64,000 nucleotides of DNA from positions 117,802,001-117,866,000 of the forward strand of contig NC_086097.1 of assembly GCF_963921235.1 (NCBI RefSeq). Reading direction: 5' to 3'. The DNA comes from Mobula hypostoma (lineage: Eukaryota). Positions 11,870 to 24,860 of this stretch are shown here, piece by piece. Position 1 is the first letter of the stretch. Each line of letters opens with the position of its first letter. Below the pieces are notes generated by a model. It had not been told where the DNA came from. It ran no database searches and saw nothing but the letters and a program-made list of their open reading frames with translations. The translations under genes and the position numbers were made by a program.

Positions 11870-13560
11870 TCTAGTGAAGAGGAAGAAGGAAGCTTACTTA
11901 AGGTTTAGGAAGCAAGGATCTGATAGGGCTCTAGCCAGGAAGGAGATTAAGCTCCCACTTTGTCACAATAGTTCTCTCAAGTGATGCTATGTCTTAGTTT
12001 GGAGAAAATTAGAAGTCAAATCTTTGAACCTATGTTTGATTTTGAGAAAAGATGGGGTTCATTCGCTCGTTATTATCATCTGAGTTAATTGATGGATTCT
12101 CCATGATCTAATTGTAAATTTTTTTTGGTACTTTCTTTTTTGTTGGCGGTTTAATGTTTATCTTTAGAAGCTTTATGTATGACGCATGGCTCTGGGGTTG
12201 AAAACCTAATGGGATTTTTCTTTTTTCCCACTTTTCTTGCTTAGTAGGGGTTTTTTTTCACCACAAAATTTTTTCAATCTTTATATAATGTTTTTTATTC
12301 TAAAGACATTTTACTGCTGTTCACTTCGATGTACTCGTGTTTATTTTGGAAAAAAATAATAAAAAGATTTGAAAAACAAGAATGGACTTAGGAGAGCTAG
12401 AAGGGGGCATGAGAAGGCCTTGCTGAGTAAGGTTAAGAAAAAATAAACAAGGTATTCTACATGTATGTGGGGAAAAAAGGATGACTTGATCAGGGATACA
12501 AGAGGAGACAAGTTCATGAAGTTGGAGGAGATGGGGGGGTTCCTTAATGAATACTTTGCTTCTGTGTTCAGCAGTGAGAGGAATTTGATGTTTGCAAGGA
12601 CAGCATCAAACAAGCTGATAAGCTAGAACAGGTTGATGTTAGGAAAGTGGATGTACTAGAACCCTTGAAAAACATTAGGTTAGATAAGTCCCTGGATCTA
12701 GACTGGATATGCCTCAGGTTACTGAGAGAAATGAGGGAAGACATTGCTGCACCTTTGGCAATGAACTTTGTATCTTCACTGGCCATAGGAGTAGCACCAA
12801 ATGATTGGATATTGGCAAATGTTACTCCTTTGATCAAGAAAGGGATCAGGAATAATGCTGGGAATTATAGAACAGTGAGTTTTACTTCAGTGGTGGGAAA
12901 AATATTGCAAAAGATTCTTAGAGACAGGAGTTATCAGCATTTGGAGAAACACAGTCTGATTAGAGATAGTCAGCATGGCTTTAGTGAGAGTCAGGTCATG
13001 CCTCATGAGCCTGAGAATGTGACAAATCTCATTGATGAAGGTAGAGCAGTGATGAAGAATGTAGTGTATATGGATTTTAGATAAGATTCCCCATGGTAGG
13101 CTAATTCAGAAAGTTAGGTGACATGATTTCCGGGAAACATGATTGTGTAGCTTCAGAACTGGCTTGCCCATAGAAGGAAGAGGGTGGTTGTAGATGGACT
13201 GTTTTCTGCCTGGAGGTGGGTGACCAATGGTCCAGTGGTAATCTGCAGGGTTCTGTGCTGAGACACCTGATCTTTGTAATTTTTATATATGATTTGGACA
13301 AGGAAGTGGAAGGGAGGGTTAGTAAGTTTGCAGATGACAAAAAAGATTGATAGAGTTGTATATAGTGTAGAAGGCAGGTTACATTGGGATATTGACAGCA
13401 TACAGAGCAGGGCTGGGAAGTGGAAGTTGGCGTTCAATCCAGAAAAGTGTGAAAGTTTGGAGGGTTGAATTTGAAGGCAGAATAAAGGACTAATGATAGG
13501 GTTCTTAGCGGAGTGGAGGAATAGAGGGACCTCGGGGTCCACATACATAGATCCTTCAAC
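11870..13560 (+). mobile_element. CR1 ORF2 fragment (tether and RT), decayed
   Basis: LNEYFASVF, PNDW..ANVTPLIKKG..NYRTVSFTS, SQHGF, VSKFADD-like. Confidence 0.85.
11951..12376 (+). mobile_element. L1/Tx1-type LINE 3' fragment inserted in CR1
   Basis: C-terminal peptide CLSLEKIRS..FEKRWGSF, T-rich 3'UTR, aataaaaag and A-rich end; CR1 is contiguous on both sides (ggagattaag | aagaatggac). Confidence 0.65.
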
Positions 13561-14199
13561 ATTGCCACACAAGGTTGGGCAAAGGGGAAGGACTGAAAGC
13601 TGGCAGGTGATAGGTGAGACCGGGGATGGGGAAAATTGGTGGTTGGACGGGTAGCATGAAGTGAAAAGCTGGGTGGTGACAGGTAGAAAAGGGAAATGTC
13701 CACCCATGTATTTCTGTGTCTTCATAGCAAGAGTGGAGAGGTCAGACAACTCAACTTTAAGTTCTCTTCCAAATCATCCACTCCTGCTTCACCTTTAGTT
13801 TAATGAATAGGACATGATAGCATAGTACAAGCTCTTCAGCCCACAATGTGATACCAAACTTTTAACCTACTCTAAGATCAATCTAATCCTTCCCTCCTAC
13901 ATAGCCCTTCACTTTTTATCATCCATTTGCCATTACAAGAGTTTCCTAAATGCCCCGAATGTATCTGCCTCGATCACCACTCCTGGGAGGGTGTTTCATG
14001 CACCACCAGTCTCTGTATAAAAAACATACCCCTGACCTTCCTCCTATACTTCCCTTCAATCACGTTATGACTATGTTACCTTGTAATAGCTATATCCACC
14101 ATGGGAGAGAAAGAGTCTCTGGCTATCCTCTCTGTGTCTCTTATCATCTTGTGCAGCTCTATCAAGTCACCTCTCATCCTCCTTTGCTCCAAAGAAATA

Positions 14200-16744
14200 C
14201 AGTGCCTGGAAGAAGTAATCAACCCTCAACCCTTTGTTCACATAAATATTACAAACAGGATATTGATAAATTTAAATGAGATTTTAAAAATATGAATCAC
14301 ATGCTCCTTTTCCACGATACAGCCCAAAAACAAGGAAAATTGTAAAGTATGAAAAAGTAAAATGTCAGCAGTTCAGAAGTACTCATCCCCCTTTGGTCAG
14401 TACTTAGTTGAACCACTTTTTCAGCTATTATAGCCAGTTGTCTTTTTGGATAAGTCTCTATTAGCTTTGCACAAAATAATGGAGTGGAATTTGCCTATTC
14501 CTACTTGCAAAATTGCTTAAGCTGTGCCTAGTTAGTTGGGGAGCAGTGGTAGACAGCAATCTTTAGGTTTTCCAGATATATTAAATCAGTTTAAGGTCAG
14601 AACTCTGACTGGGCCACTCAAGGACATCAAGTTTCTTCACATGAGCCACTCCATGGTTGCTTTGTCAGTGTGCTTTGGGTCATTGTCCTGCTGAAAGACA
14701 AACTTTGTCCCCAGTTTAAACACTCTGGCAAAGGCTGGCAGGATTTACTCCAGGATCTCTCTGTATTTAGCAGCATTCATCTTCTCATCAGTCTTGACCA
14801 GATTTCCAGTCCCTGCTGCATCCCCATAGCATGATGCTACCTCCACCATACTTTACTGTAGGTTTGGTGTTAACTAGCTAATGCTCAGTATTAGATTTAC
14901 ACTGCATCTACTACTTAGTGTTGAGGCCAAAGTGTTCCACTTCAGTCTCATCCGACCACAAGACCTTCTTCTGTATCTTTACGGTATATTCTAAGTGGCG
15001 CATGCAAAGTCTTTAAGGACAAGGATATGCTTTTTGGTAAGCCAGGACTTCTTCCTTGCCGCTCTTCCATAAACACCCTCTTTGTGCAAGTCCTTAGAGA
15101 TTGCGGAGCTGTGAACTTCATCTCCTGCTGCAACCATTGACTTCTGCAGCTCAGTCAGAGAGACTGTTGTCGTCACGGTAGCCTTTCACTACAAGAGTCA
15201 TCCTTCTCCAGTGTCTAACTTTAGGGAGGTAGCCTGAACTAGATAGTGTCGCAGTAGTTTCTTACTTTTTCCACTTTTTCACAATTGACTGCACTGAGCT
15301 CCAAGGTCTGCTCAGTGCCTTTGAGGTGGTCTTGTACTGTTCTGTAGATTTGTGCTCCTCTGTTATCATTCCCCTGACTTACTTTGAATGCTTTTTTGTC
15401 TTCATTTTGGTTTGGTCACTTCAAAATCTACCATACTGTTGGATCTTACAGAGAGAGAGGTGGTCCTCCAATTTTCTACATCAACAAATTGGGCGAGTTA
15501 TGAAGGCAAAATGTGTATTGCACCAGAAGAAAGTTAGTGTAGTAATCACAAGGGGGATGAATACTTTTTCAGCCTCACAATTTTGGTTTTAAATTTTTAT
15601 TAAATTGTTGATAGGTTTTGGATTTGTTTCTTTAAATTTGCACAGCATTTTATAGATTAGTTCAAAAAATCCTACTACAATATATTTTAAATTTAGAAAA
15701 TGAGACAGTAAAATGTGAAATTAATTGTGTGTCATAAGGAGGTGACTAGGAACGGACCCAAGTGCAAGACACAGACACTGAAGTAATAGGGACAGGACTA
15801 GGATACAGGGTGAGGGCAAGGACACGGACACGAAAACTGGGAACCCGGAACAGGACTGGACAAGAGAGCTAGGAGTCCGGGCTTGGACTTGAGCCAGAGA
15901 CTGGACAAGGACCCAGTACCTGGGTCTTGCCTCTGGCTTGGACCTCGAAACTAGGCAAGGATGAGGCTTGGCTGGCCGGCAGGACGAGGCTGGAGTCTTC
16001 AGGCTTGAGCCTGGAGACTAGAGGCAAGGCTTGGCAGGAGGCAGGAGACTGGAGTCTTCAGGCTTGAGGCTAGAGGCTAGAGACTTGAGGCGAGGCTTGG
16101 CAGGAGGCAGGAGGCTGGAGTCTTCTCCTGGGCAGGGCGCGGATCACCACCCGACGGAGGCAAGAGACAGAAAGGGACAGAACCAACCGTAGGTAACGGC
16201 AAGTCGGCCTGGCTTACCCGACGGAGGCAAGGGACAGAACCAACCGTAGATAAAAACACGGCCTGGCTTACCCGACAGAGGCTAGGGAAAGGAAGGGACA
16301 GAACCAGCCGCTGAGTAATGCAAAACAGCCTGACTTATCCAGCGGAGTCAAGGGACAGGAAGGGAACTAGGTATGGGGTGGCTCCAGGACAAGACAGCAA
16401 GACAAGGCAAGGCTTCAGGCAGTGCAAGGCAAGACAGAACTTCAGGCGAGGCGAGAGTTACCGGCAAGACAAGGCAGGGCTTCAGGCCAGGAAACAGAAG
16501 GCAGGGAAAGGGATACAAGGAGTAAGGACAAGAACAATCCAGCAGCCACGCCCTGGTCTCTGAAGGTATTTATGCAGCCAGCCCCAACGAGCATCAGCTG
16601 CCTCAATTAGAGCTCAACAAGAACAGAAACAGGGTAGACAGGAAAACCTGGAGCAAGGGTCCTTGGACTGGACCGTGAACCGGAACACGGACTTCAAGGA
16701 CCGGACCATGAATTGTGAGGGCTGAATAAATTTTCAAGGCACTG
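14200..16744 (-). mobile_element. Tc1/mariner transposon (IR/DR type), decayed transposase
   Basis: TA|cagtgcc...ggcactg|TA ends; inner DR-like motifs at about 14378 and 15550; transposase peptides GVYGRAARKKSWL, SDETEVEHFG, GGGSIMLWGC. Confidence 0.9.
15730..16712 (-). mobile_element. Solo LTR (probably Gypsy) inserted in the Tc1 terminal repeat
   Basis: Begins tgtcat, ends catga(a); flanked by (aa)ttgtg direct repeat; TATA-like ataaata on minus at about 16565; internal tandem repeats. Confidence 0.75.
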
Positions 16745-17834
16745 TATCCCCTAATTTACTTAGCCTACCTTCATAAAACATGCTCTCTAATCCAGGTAGT
16801 ATTCCAATGAATCTTCTCTGTGCGCTCTCTAAAACTTCCACATCTTTTCTATAATGTGAAACTTTGCTTGTCATTTCCCTGTATCTCAGTTCATCTCTGA
16901 ACAATGCTGAAAGAAAACTGAGCATTTCAACTAACGAAGTGTTTTATTTGAATCAAATGACAATCAAAGATTTGTATATCAATTGTCTACTAAGTGCCGA
17001 CTGCACCAAAAGAAGCAACTAGCCCCTGACCAAAAGTTAGTATTTCTGGAACCTTGTCCTTAAACATTGGCTACATGTTACAATTTTTATTGGGGCTTCT
17101 CTCAAAAGGATGTGAGTATCATTTGTTGCATTCAGGTTGTCACTCAAAATTCAGGTTGTCACTCAGAAATAAGTTATCTCTGGTCTAAATATACAACATC
17201 GATGTTATCCTTAACTTCTGACATCCTGTTCCACTGATTTAAATTTCAGGCTCAGGAAGTCAGGAAGAACAACTTGTGGAGAAATTTTAAGTAAACTGTT
17301 TCAAAAACTCACATTTTAAAACAAGGAAATGCACACCGAATAACTCCATGTTGTGAAGATTCCTTGAAACTTCTGGATAATTTATTTGCTACAAACCTTC
17401 AGTTTCATCTTGAGTCCTCTATAGTCCACAGTGCATCAAGTTTTCAATAAGCAAGTTTCAGCACTGAGTTCTGCCCTAACTCCCCCCCACCCCCATTTTG
17501 ACGCTGTTGGCTGAATACATTGTAAGAATTCATTTGAATGTAATCTATAATAAATGTTTTACATGTAAATTATTGTAATATATGAAGTTCTACAGAAAAA
17601 TGAAATATTTTCAATCAAAATTAATTATCTAGTAATCAATATAATTTCTCTCAATTTAGAAAAGCTCTATGTTACTAAACAAAATAATAAATCTTAATAA
17701 TTACATTTAACTATACTTAGTAGCACAAAATACTTCAATACTGAAAACAGAGTCTAGGCATTTTGTCATTATGTCAGATAGCCAACACGTTCAGTCTAGC
17801 ATATCATCTTAGGGATTACTATTGTTCAGCCACA

Positions 17835-18150
17835 TAGAATCGTGAGACACAGGAGCAGACTAAAGCTACATAGCCCATTGGGTCTGCCCTGTTATTTAGT
17901 CATCTGATCTATATTCCCTCTCAAACATGTTCTTCTGACATTTTCATGTAACCTTTGATGCCCTTACTAATCAAGAACCTATCAATCTCCACCTTAAATA
18001 TATTCATTGACTAGGCCTCTACAGCCATATGTCACAATAAATTCCACAGATTCACCACCATCTGGCTGAAAGATTCTTCCTCATCTCCATTCTAAAAGGA
18101 CGTCCTTGTATTCTGATGCTGTGCCCCATGGTCCAAGATTCTTCCATTAA
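17835..18150 (-). mobile_element. CR1 3'UTR fragment
   Basis: Matches other CR1 3' ends (aattccacagattcaccaccatctggctgaaag). Confidence 0.7.
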
Positions 18151-18159
18151 ATGTGATGG

Positions 18160-18350
18160 CAAGACACCGTAGCACGGAGGTTGTAAGGAGTTTGCACTTT
18201 CACCCTGTGACCACATGGGTTTCTTCTAGGTGCTGCATTTTCCTCACACATTCGAAAGAGGGACGAGTTAGTCTTTAATTGGTCACATCATTGTAATTGG
18301 ACAGTGTATAGCCTGTTACTGTGCTGCATCTCTAAAATAAAAAGAATAAA
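18160..18350 (+). mobile_element. V-domain SINE fragment
   Basis: ggagtttgcac..gtgaccacatgggtttcttctaggtgct..tcctcacacattcgaaag. Confidence 0.65.
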
Positions 18351-18429
18351 AGTTGAGTAAAATTATGTTATTACAGGAATAAATCAATCAGCAGTTAGTA
18401 ATCATGCAGGTTATTTGTTGTATTTTTTT

Positions 18430-21400
18430 TCTCACGGTAACACGTTGAAGCTGCACCCTCTCTAACGTGCTGGTGGAGAGAGTTTTACTTGTTTCTTCAG
18501 CACTGGAATTAGTTACTTTCGGACACGTCTCATTAGCGTGGCAGCAGGATGGCCGCATTGTGTATTCAAGGGATCAATTGATTGCGCTCATGCCCGCTGG
18601 TTTAGCAAACAGAGCAGCGGACATCCCGGCTGAAATCTGGAGGAAAACACACAGAGGATGCAGAGGGGGATCAAAAAGGCGAGGGAAGAGGACCGGGTCG
18701 AGACAACGGAGGCTTATGGAGAAGAGAAGTTATAAGCCGTGTCTCCCCTCTCTCATCATGGGAAATGTGAGATCGCAGGGGAATAAAATCGACGAACTGA
18801 CTGTGCTTGTCAGGAGTCAGAGAACATTTCGGGAGAGCAGTGTCATGTGCTTCACTGAGACATGGCTGCACGAGGACATACCCGATCAAAGCGTTTCAAT
18901 AGAGGGCTTCCAGTCCATTCGAGCTGACCGGAATTGCACTGAGAGCGGTAAGCCCAAAGGAGGGGGGCTGGCGGTTCTGGTAAATAACAGATGGTGCAAT
19001 CCTGGGCATATTACGATCAAGGAACATGTCTGTAGCCTGGATATTGAACTTTTTGCTGTTGGACTCCGGCCATATTATTTGCCAAGGGAAATCTCGCATG
19101 CAATTGTGGTTGTTGTGTACATCCCTCCCTCTGCCAACCCGACATCGGCGTGTAACATCATTTATACTGTCATAGCCAGATTACAAACCCAGCACCCGAG
19201 TGCCCTCATTACCATCTCGGGTGACTTCAACCAAGTTACCATGGCTAGAACACTGCCCAACTTCACGCAGTATGTGAGCTGTACAACCAGAGGGGAGAGG
19301 ACTCTAGATTTGATGTATGCTAACATTAAGGATGCATACAGCTCCTCTCTCCTCCCCCCACTGGGAAGGTCAGATCACAACCTGGTGCATCTAAAACCCT
19401 GCTACATGCCTCTGGTGAAGAGTAAACCTGCAACCTTGAGGGCAGTGAGGAAATGGTCGGAGGAGGCTTATGAGGCACTCCAGGGTTGTTTTGAGGTGAC
19501 AGACTGGCAGGCTCTCTGTGAGCCACATGGAGAGGATATTGATGGGCTCACAGAATGCATCACTGATTACATTAACTTCTGTGTGGACTGCAATGTTCCG
19601 ACAAGAACTGTCCTTTGTTATTCAAATAACAAGCCATGGGTGACAAAGGACATTAAGGATATCCTGAATGCTAAAAAGAGGGCGTTAGATATGGAAAAAG
19701 GGAGGAGCTGAGGGCAATACAGAGGGACCTGAAGGCCAGGATCAGGGAGGCTAAAGACAGGTACAGGAGGAAGCTTGAGTGGAAACTCCAGCAGAACAAC
19801 ATGAGAGAGGTTTGGAGGGGGATGAGGACCATCACTGGGTTCCGGCAAACTAGCAACAGAGGAGCTGAAGGCAGTGTAGACAGGGCCAATGAACTTAACC
19901 TGTTCTTTAACAGATTTGACATTGTGGCCCCTGCCACTCCCCCACATGAGCCATCTGTTGTCGGCCCCCAACCAACACATATTCCACTCTCCCCTCCTAC
20001 CCCTCCTCACAGTCCCCCATCCTGCTCTCATGACTATACCCCTCCCCCACACGAAACCACCACGGTGGGCTTCATGGCTGAACAGGTGAGAGGACAGCTG
20101 AAACGTCTCAACCCAAGCAAGGCTGCAGGACCCAATGGTGTCAGTACCAGGGTGCTCAAAGCCTGTGCCCCTCAGCTATGTGGAGTACCTTGCCATGTAT
20201 TCAACATGAGCCTGAGGCTCCGGAGGGTTCCTGTGCTGTGGAAGACATCCTGCCTTGTCCCTGTGCCGAAGACGCCGCGCCCCAGAGGCCTCAATGACTA
20301 CAGACCGGTGGCATTGACCTCCCACATCATGAAGACCCTGGAGAGACTTGTTCTGGAGCTGCTCCGGCCTATGGTCAGAGATCCCTTCCAGTTCGCCTAC
20401 CAGCCCCGACTAGGAGTTGAGGATGCCATCGTCTACCTGCTGAACCGTGTCTATGCCCACCTGGACAAGCCAGCAAGCACTGTGAGGGTCATGTTTTTTG
20501 ACTTCTCCAGTGTGTTCAACACCATTCGCTCTGCTCTGCTGGGGGAGAAGCTGACAGCGATGCAGGTGGATGCTTCCCTGGTATCATGGATTATTGATTA
20601 CCTGACTCGCAGACCACAGTACGTGTGCTTGCAACACTGTGTGTCCGACAGAGTGATCAGCAGCACTGGGGCTTCACAGGAGACTGTCTTGTCTCCCTTT
20701 CTCTTCACCATTTACACCTCAATCGTCAACTACTGCACAGAGTCTTGTCATCTTCAGAAGTTTTTCGGATGACTCTGCCATAGTTGGATGCATCAGCAAG
20801 GGAGATGAGGCTGAGTACAGGGCTACGGTAGGAAACTTTGTCACATGATGTGAGCAGAATTATCTGCAGCTTAATGTGAAAAAGACTAAGGAGCTGGTGG
20901 TAGACCTGAGGAGAGCTAAGGTACCGGTGACCCCTGCTTCCATCCAGGAGGTCAGTGTGGACATGGTCGAGGATTACAAATACTTGGGGATATGAATTGA
21001 CAATAAACTGGACTGGTCAAAGAACACTGAGGCTGTCTACAAGAAGGGTCAGATCCATCTCTATCTCCTGAGGAGACTGAGGTCCTTTAACATCTGCCGG
21101 ACGATGCTGAGGATGTTCTACGAGTCTGTGGTGGCCAGTGCTATCATGTTTGCTGTTGTGTGCTGGGGCAGCAGGCTGAGGGTGGCAGACACCAACAGAA
21201 TGAGCAAACTCATTCATAAGGCCAGTGATGTTGTGGGGATGGAACTGGACTCTCTGATGGTGGTGTCTGAAAAGAGGATGCTGTCCAAGTTGCATGCCAT
21301 CTTGGTCAATGTCTCCCATCCACTACGTAATGTACTGGGTGGGCACAGGAGTACATTCAGCCAGAGACTCATTCCTCCGAGATGCAGCACAGAGCGTCAT

Positions 21401-21668
21401 AGGAAGTCATTCCTGCCTGTGGCCATCAAACTTAACAACTCCTCCCTTGGAGGGTCAGACACCCTGAGCCAATAGGCTGGTCCTGGACTTATTTCCTGGC
21501 ATAATTTACATATTACTGTTTAACTTTATTACTATTTTCTATTACTATTTATTATTTGTATGACTATTACTATTACTATTTCTATTACTATTTATTACTT
21601 ATGGTGCAACTGTAACGAAAACCAATTTCCCCCGGGATCAATAAAGTATGACTATGACTACAACTATG
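18430..21668 (+). mobile_element. Near-full-length Rex1/Babar LINE (APE and RT), recently inactivated
   Basis: GNVRS, FTETWL, GGGL, GDFN, LGRSDH (APE); YRPVALTS, QFAYQ, FFDFSS, KFSDD (RT); frameshifts near 19690 and 20762, stops at 20846 and 20993; 3' aatttcccccgggatcaataaag and (tatgac)n tail. Confidence 0.93.
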
Positions 21669-22139
21669 CTATTGACCCAGTACTTGTTTGCTATAAGTTC
21701 TTCCACCATAAGGGGCAGTTCAGAGGCAGGACAAAATGTTCTTCAATTGCTTGGCTGAGGGTGGCTCCAACTACAATCAGAAAGATGTAGGACAAACCAC
21801 TGGCTGATTGGGACCCCTTTCACTGCCCTAAACGTTCGCTTCTTCCATCAACAATATAGTAAAACTGGATTTAGTGCCATCCGCATAATTCACTGAAGGT
21901 GTTCGCTGAGGCAAACCCAAACCTGCAAACCTCAGAGATCAATCAAAGGACAAGTCAGCAAGGGTATGTGACGATCACCACTTGCAGGTTCCCCTCCCTT
22001 GCAACGTGCTAAATCCTGGAACATTCTAACCAACTCTGGAAAGTCCTTCACCGGAACTACAGAATGGCTTAATGAAATTGACTCATCACCTTTTTCTTAA
22101 AAGTAATTAAATATGGTTACAGGAAAATTGTCAATAAGA

Positions 22140-23047
22140 TTGAATGAATACAGTGAAAATTTACAAAGATGTTGCCAGAACTTGAGGACCTGAGTTATAG
22201 TGAGTGACTGAATAGGTTTGGACTTTATTCTCTATCTATAGTGTAGTTGAATGAGGGAGATTTGACAGAGGGTTACAAAATCATGAGGCGTATAGACAGG
22301 GTAAATGAGAGTAGGCCTTTTCCTTTTATTTCTAGGCTGGGTGAAGCTAGAACTAGAGGTCATAGGTTAAAGGTGAAAGGTGAAATATTTAAGGGGGAAC
22401 TACTTCACATAGAGGGTGGTGCAAGTGTAGAATAAGCTGCCAGCAGAAGTGGTGGATGTGGGTTTCATTTCAACATTTAAAAGAAAATTGGATAGGTACA
22501 TGGATAGGAAGGATATGGAGGGTTAAGGTCCAGGGGTGGATTGAGGGGGCCAGGAGGAATAGTAGGTTGACATGGACTGGATAGGCTGAATGGCCTGTTT
22601 CTTTGCTGCGGTACTCTATGACTGGATAACTAACACTCATGACCCATGGGGCTGTAGTATAAGGGGAGATTAAGTTGACTAGGTTTATATTATCTAGAGT
22701 TTAGATGATTGAGAGAGGATCTGAGTTACCCCTCACTGACAGGGTTATACAGAGTGAAAGTAGGGAGGTTGAGGTCTTCAAAATGATAGGTTAGCGAGTA
22801 AGACATTTAACACTGAGACAGAGAGAAAATACTTTATTCAGTGTGTTCTGAACCTATGGGATTCACTCCTTTTGTCAAGTCACTGAATATACTCATTGAA
22901 AAAGGCAGGTAAATTTCTAGACACATAGTATTGTGAAAAGAAATAGGAATAAAATATTGAAAGAGATGATCACCTGTGGTCATATTGAATGTCAGAGCAG
23001 GCTCAAAGGGCTTAATGGCCTATTTGAGCTTTTATTTTCTATGTTTC
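22140..23047 (+). mobile_element. Two tandem CR1 3'-end fragments
   Basis: GDLTEGYKIMRRIDRV..RTRGHRLKVKGE; 3'UTR gggctgaatggcct-like motifs at about 22583 and 23010. Confidence 0.75.
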
Positions 23048-23194
23048 TGATAGCCTAATAGGGGAATAGCAATCAGAATAGATTAAGAATACCTTAGCAG
23101 AATGGACAGTGTTTGAAGGACCACATATAAAATATTGGGAATTCAGGAAGAAGGCTAATTGCACTGATAGCTAGAAAACAAATCATTGAATTAT

Positions 23195-23742
23195 TCCCAT
23201 TCTGACATGTTGGTCCATGGCCTCCTCTACTGCCAAGATGAGGCCACTCTCAAGCTGGAGGAGCAGCTGTTTCGGTAGCCTCCAACCTGACATGAACATC
23301 AATTTTTCAAACCTAGTAATTTCTCCCCATCACTCCTCCATCTTTAACCATTCCTTATTCTGGCCTCTCTCTTACCTCTTTTCTTATCCTCCCCTGCCTA
23401 TCACGTCCCTCTGGTGCAGCTCCTCCTTCCCTTCCTCCCATGATCCAGTCTCCTCTCCTATCAGATTCCTTCTTCTTCAGCCCTTTACCTTTGCCATCTA
23501 TCACATCCATGTTTCTCAAGTTCATTTTCTCTCCACCATTCATCCACCTCCCTTCTCTCTTACCTGGCTTCACATATCACCTTCTAGCATGTACACCATT
23601 GCCTTCCTCCACTTTCTTATTCTGGCTTCTCCCTGCTTTCTTTCCAGTCCTGATGTAGAGTCTCGGACTGAAATCTCAACTCTATTCCTTTCCATAAATT
23701 CTGCCTTGCCTGCTAAGTTCCTCCAGCATTTTACATGTGATA
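23195..23742 (+). mobile_element. Penelope family A 3' fragment
   Basis: GIY-YIG C-terminus GSLQPDMNINFS; decayed hammerhead cagtcctgatgtag..gaaa at about 23645. Confidence 0.8.
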
Positions 23743-24149
23743 CTTAATGAATAATAGATATTATTGTGTTTGTAATCACAATATTCATATTTCCATAGCA
23801 TGTGGATATAAATATTAATTTTTAACATGCTCTTTGCTCCTGAGTATTTGGTATATAACAATACCAAAATGAAGTATATTCTCCTGCCTACTGCTACATG
23901 TAAGACACCTTCTCCCAAAACCAGAATGTCAAAGCCACACCACCGACTCGACAATGATTCTGCAATGAGAAGAAAATTGAAATAAACTGCTATTTAAGGG
24001 ATTTTTGTAAAAATTGATTTAAATTATTTATATATAAGGAATGCATGAAAATCAAACTTATAAATAGTTTATACTGAACCAAATCACATTGATTTTCTTT
24101 TAGTTTCCTATTAATCTAATAACTTTTTCCAGCTCAGGTTCTTCTGATA

Positions 24150-24860
24150 GGGAGAGGGGTAATGGGTGCATGGTAGTATATTGGTTCGCCTAATTGAATT
24201 ACAGCCCCAGTTGTATGTTTTCCCCAGGATTAAGCGGATTTCCTCTGGGTGCTCTGCTTTCCTCCCACATTCCAAATATATGCGGTTAGGGTTAGTGAGT
24301 TGTCAGCATGCGATATTGGCGCTGGAATTATGGGGGCACTTGCAGGTTGCCCAGTACAGTCCTTGCTGATTTGATCCACCACAAAGTCTGCAGATGCTGG
24401 AAATCCAAAGCAACCTGCACAAAATGCTGGACGAGCTCAGCAGTTCAGGCAGCATCTATGGAAATAATTAAACTGTTGACATTATAGTCCAAAACCTTTC
24501 ATCAGGACTAAAAAGCAAGTGGAAAGATGCCAGAATAAAAAGGTGGGAGGAGGGGAAGGAAGGTGATAGGTGATTCCATGTGCGTGGGAAATGTTGGACA
24601 GGAAGGAATTTGATAGGAGAAGAGAATGGACTGTAGGAGAAAGGGAAGGAGGAGGGGACCCAGGGGAAGTGATAGGCAGGTGAGAAGAGATAAAAAGCCA
24701 GAGAGGGGAACAGAGGAAGAGGGGAGAGGTAGAGATTTTTTTTTTAACCAGACAGGGAAATTGATATTCATGGTTGCAGGCTACCCAAACAAAACAAAAC
24801 TGTAGCTCCTCTACCCTGACGGTGTCCTCACCTTGGCATAAAAATAAAGCTAATTTTTCT
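24150..24860 (+). mobile_element. V-domain SINE interrupted by a Penelope fragment (24383-24835, minus)
   Basis: V-domain ggatttcctctgggtgctctgctttcctcccacattccaaa; tail aataaagctaat resumes at about 24842; insert begins tctgcagatgctggaaatcc. Confidence 0.7.

Larger units (their letters stand above)
13810..16860 (-). mobile_element. CR1 3' fragment (13810-14197 and 16747-16860) hosting a Tc1 element
   Basis: CR1 sequence ..ctccaaagaaa(ta) resumes as tcccctaatttacttagcc..; HYRKDVEVLESAQRRF. Confidence 0.75.

Noticed and set aside
15960..16320. CRISPR-like repeat/spacer pattern
   Set aside because: Eukaryotic context, no unique spacers and no cas genes; these are tandem repeats within an LTR.
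17250..17290. Possible terminal exon (tttcag|GSGSQEEQLVEKF*)
   Set aside because: Too short, no recognisable homology, no supporting upstream exon.
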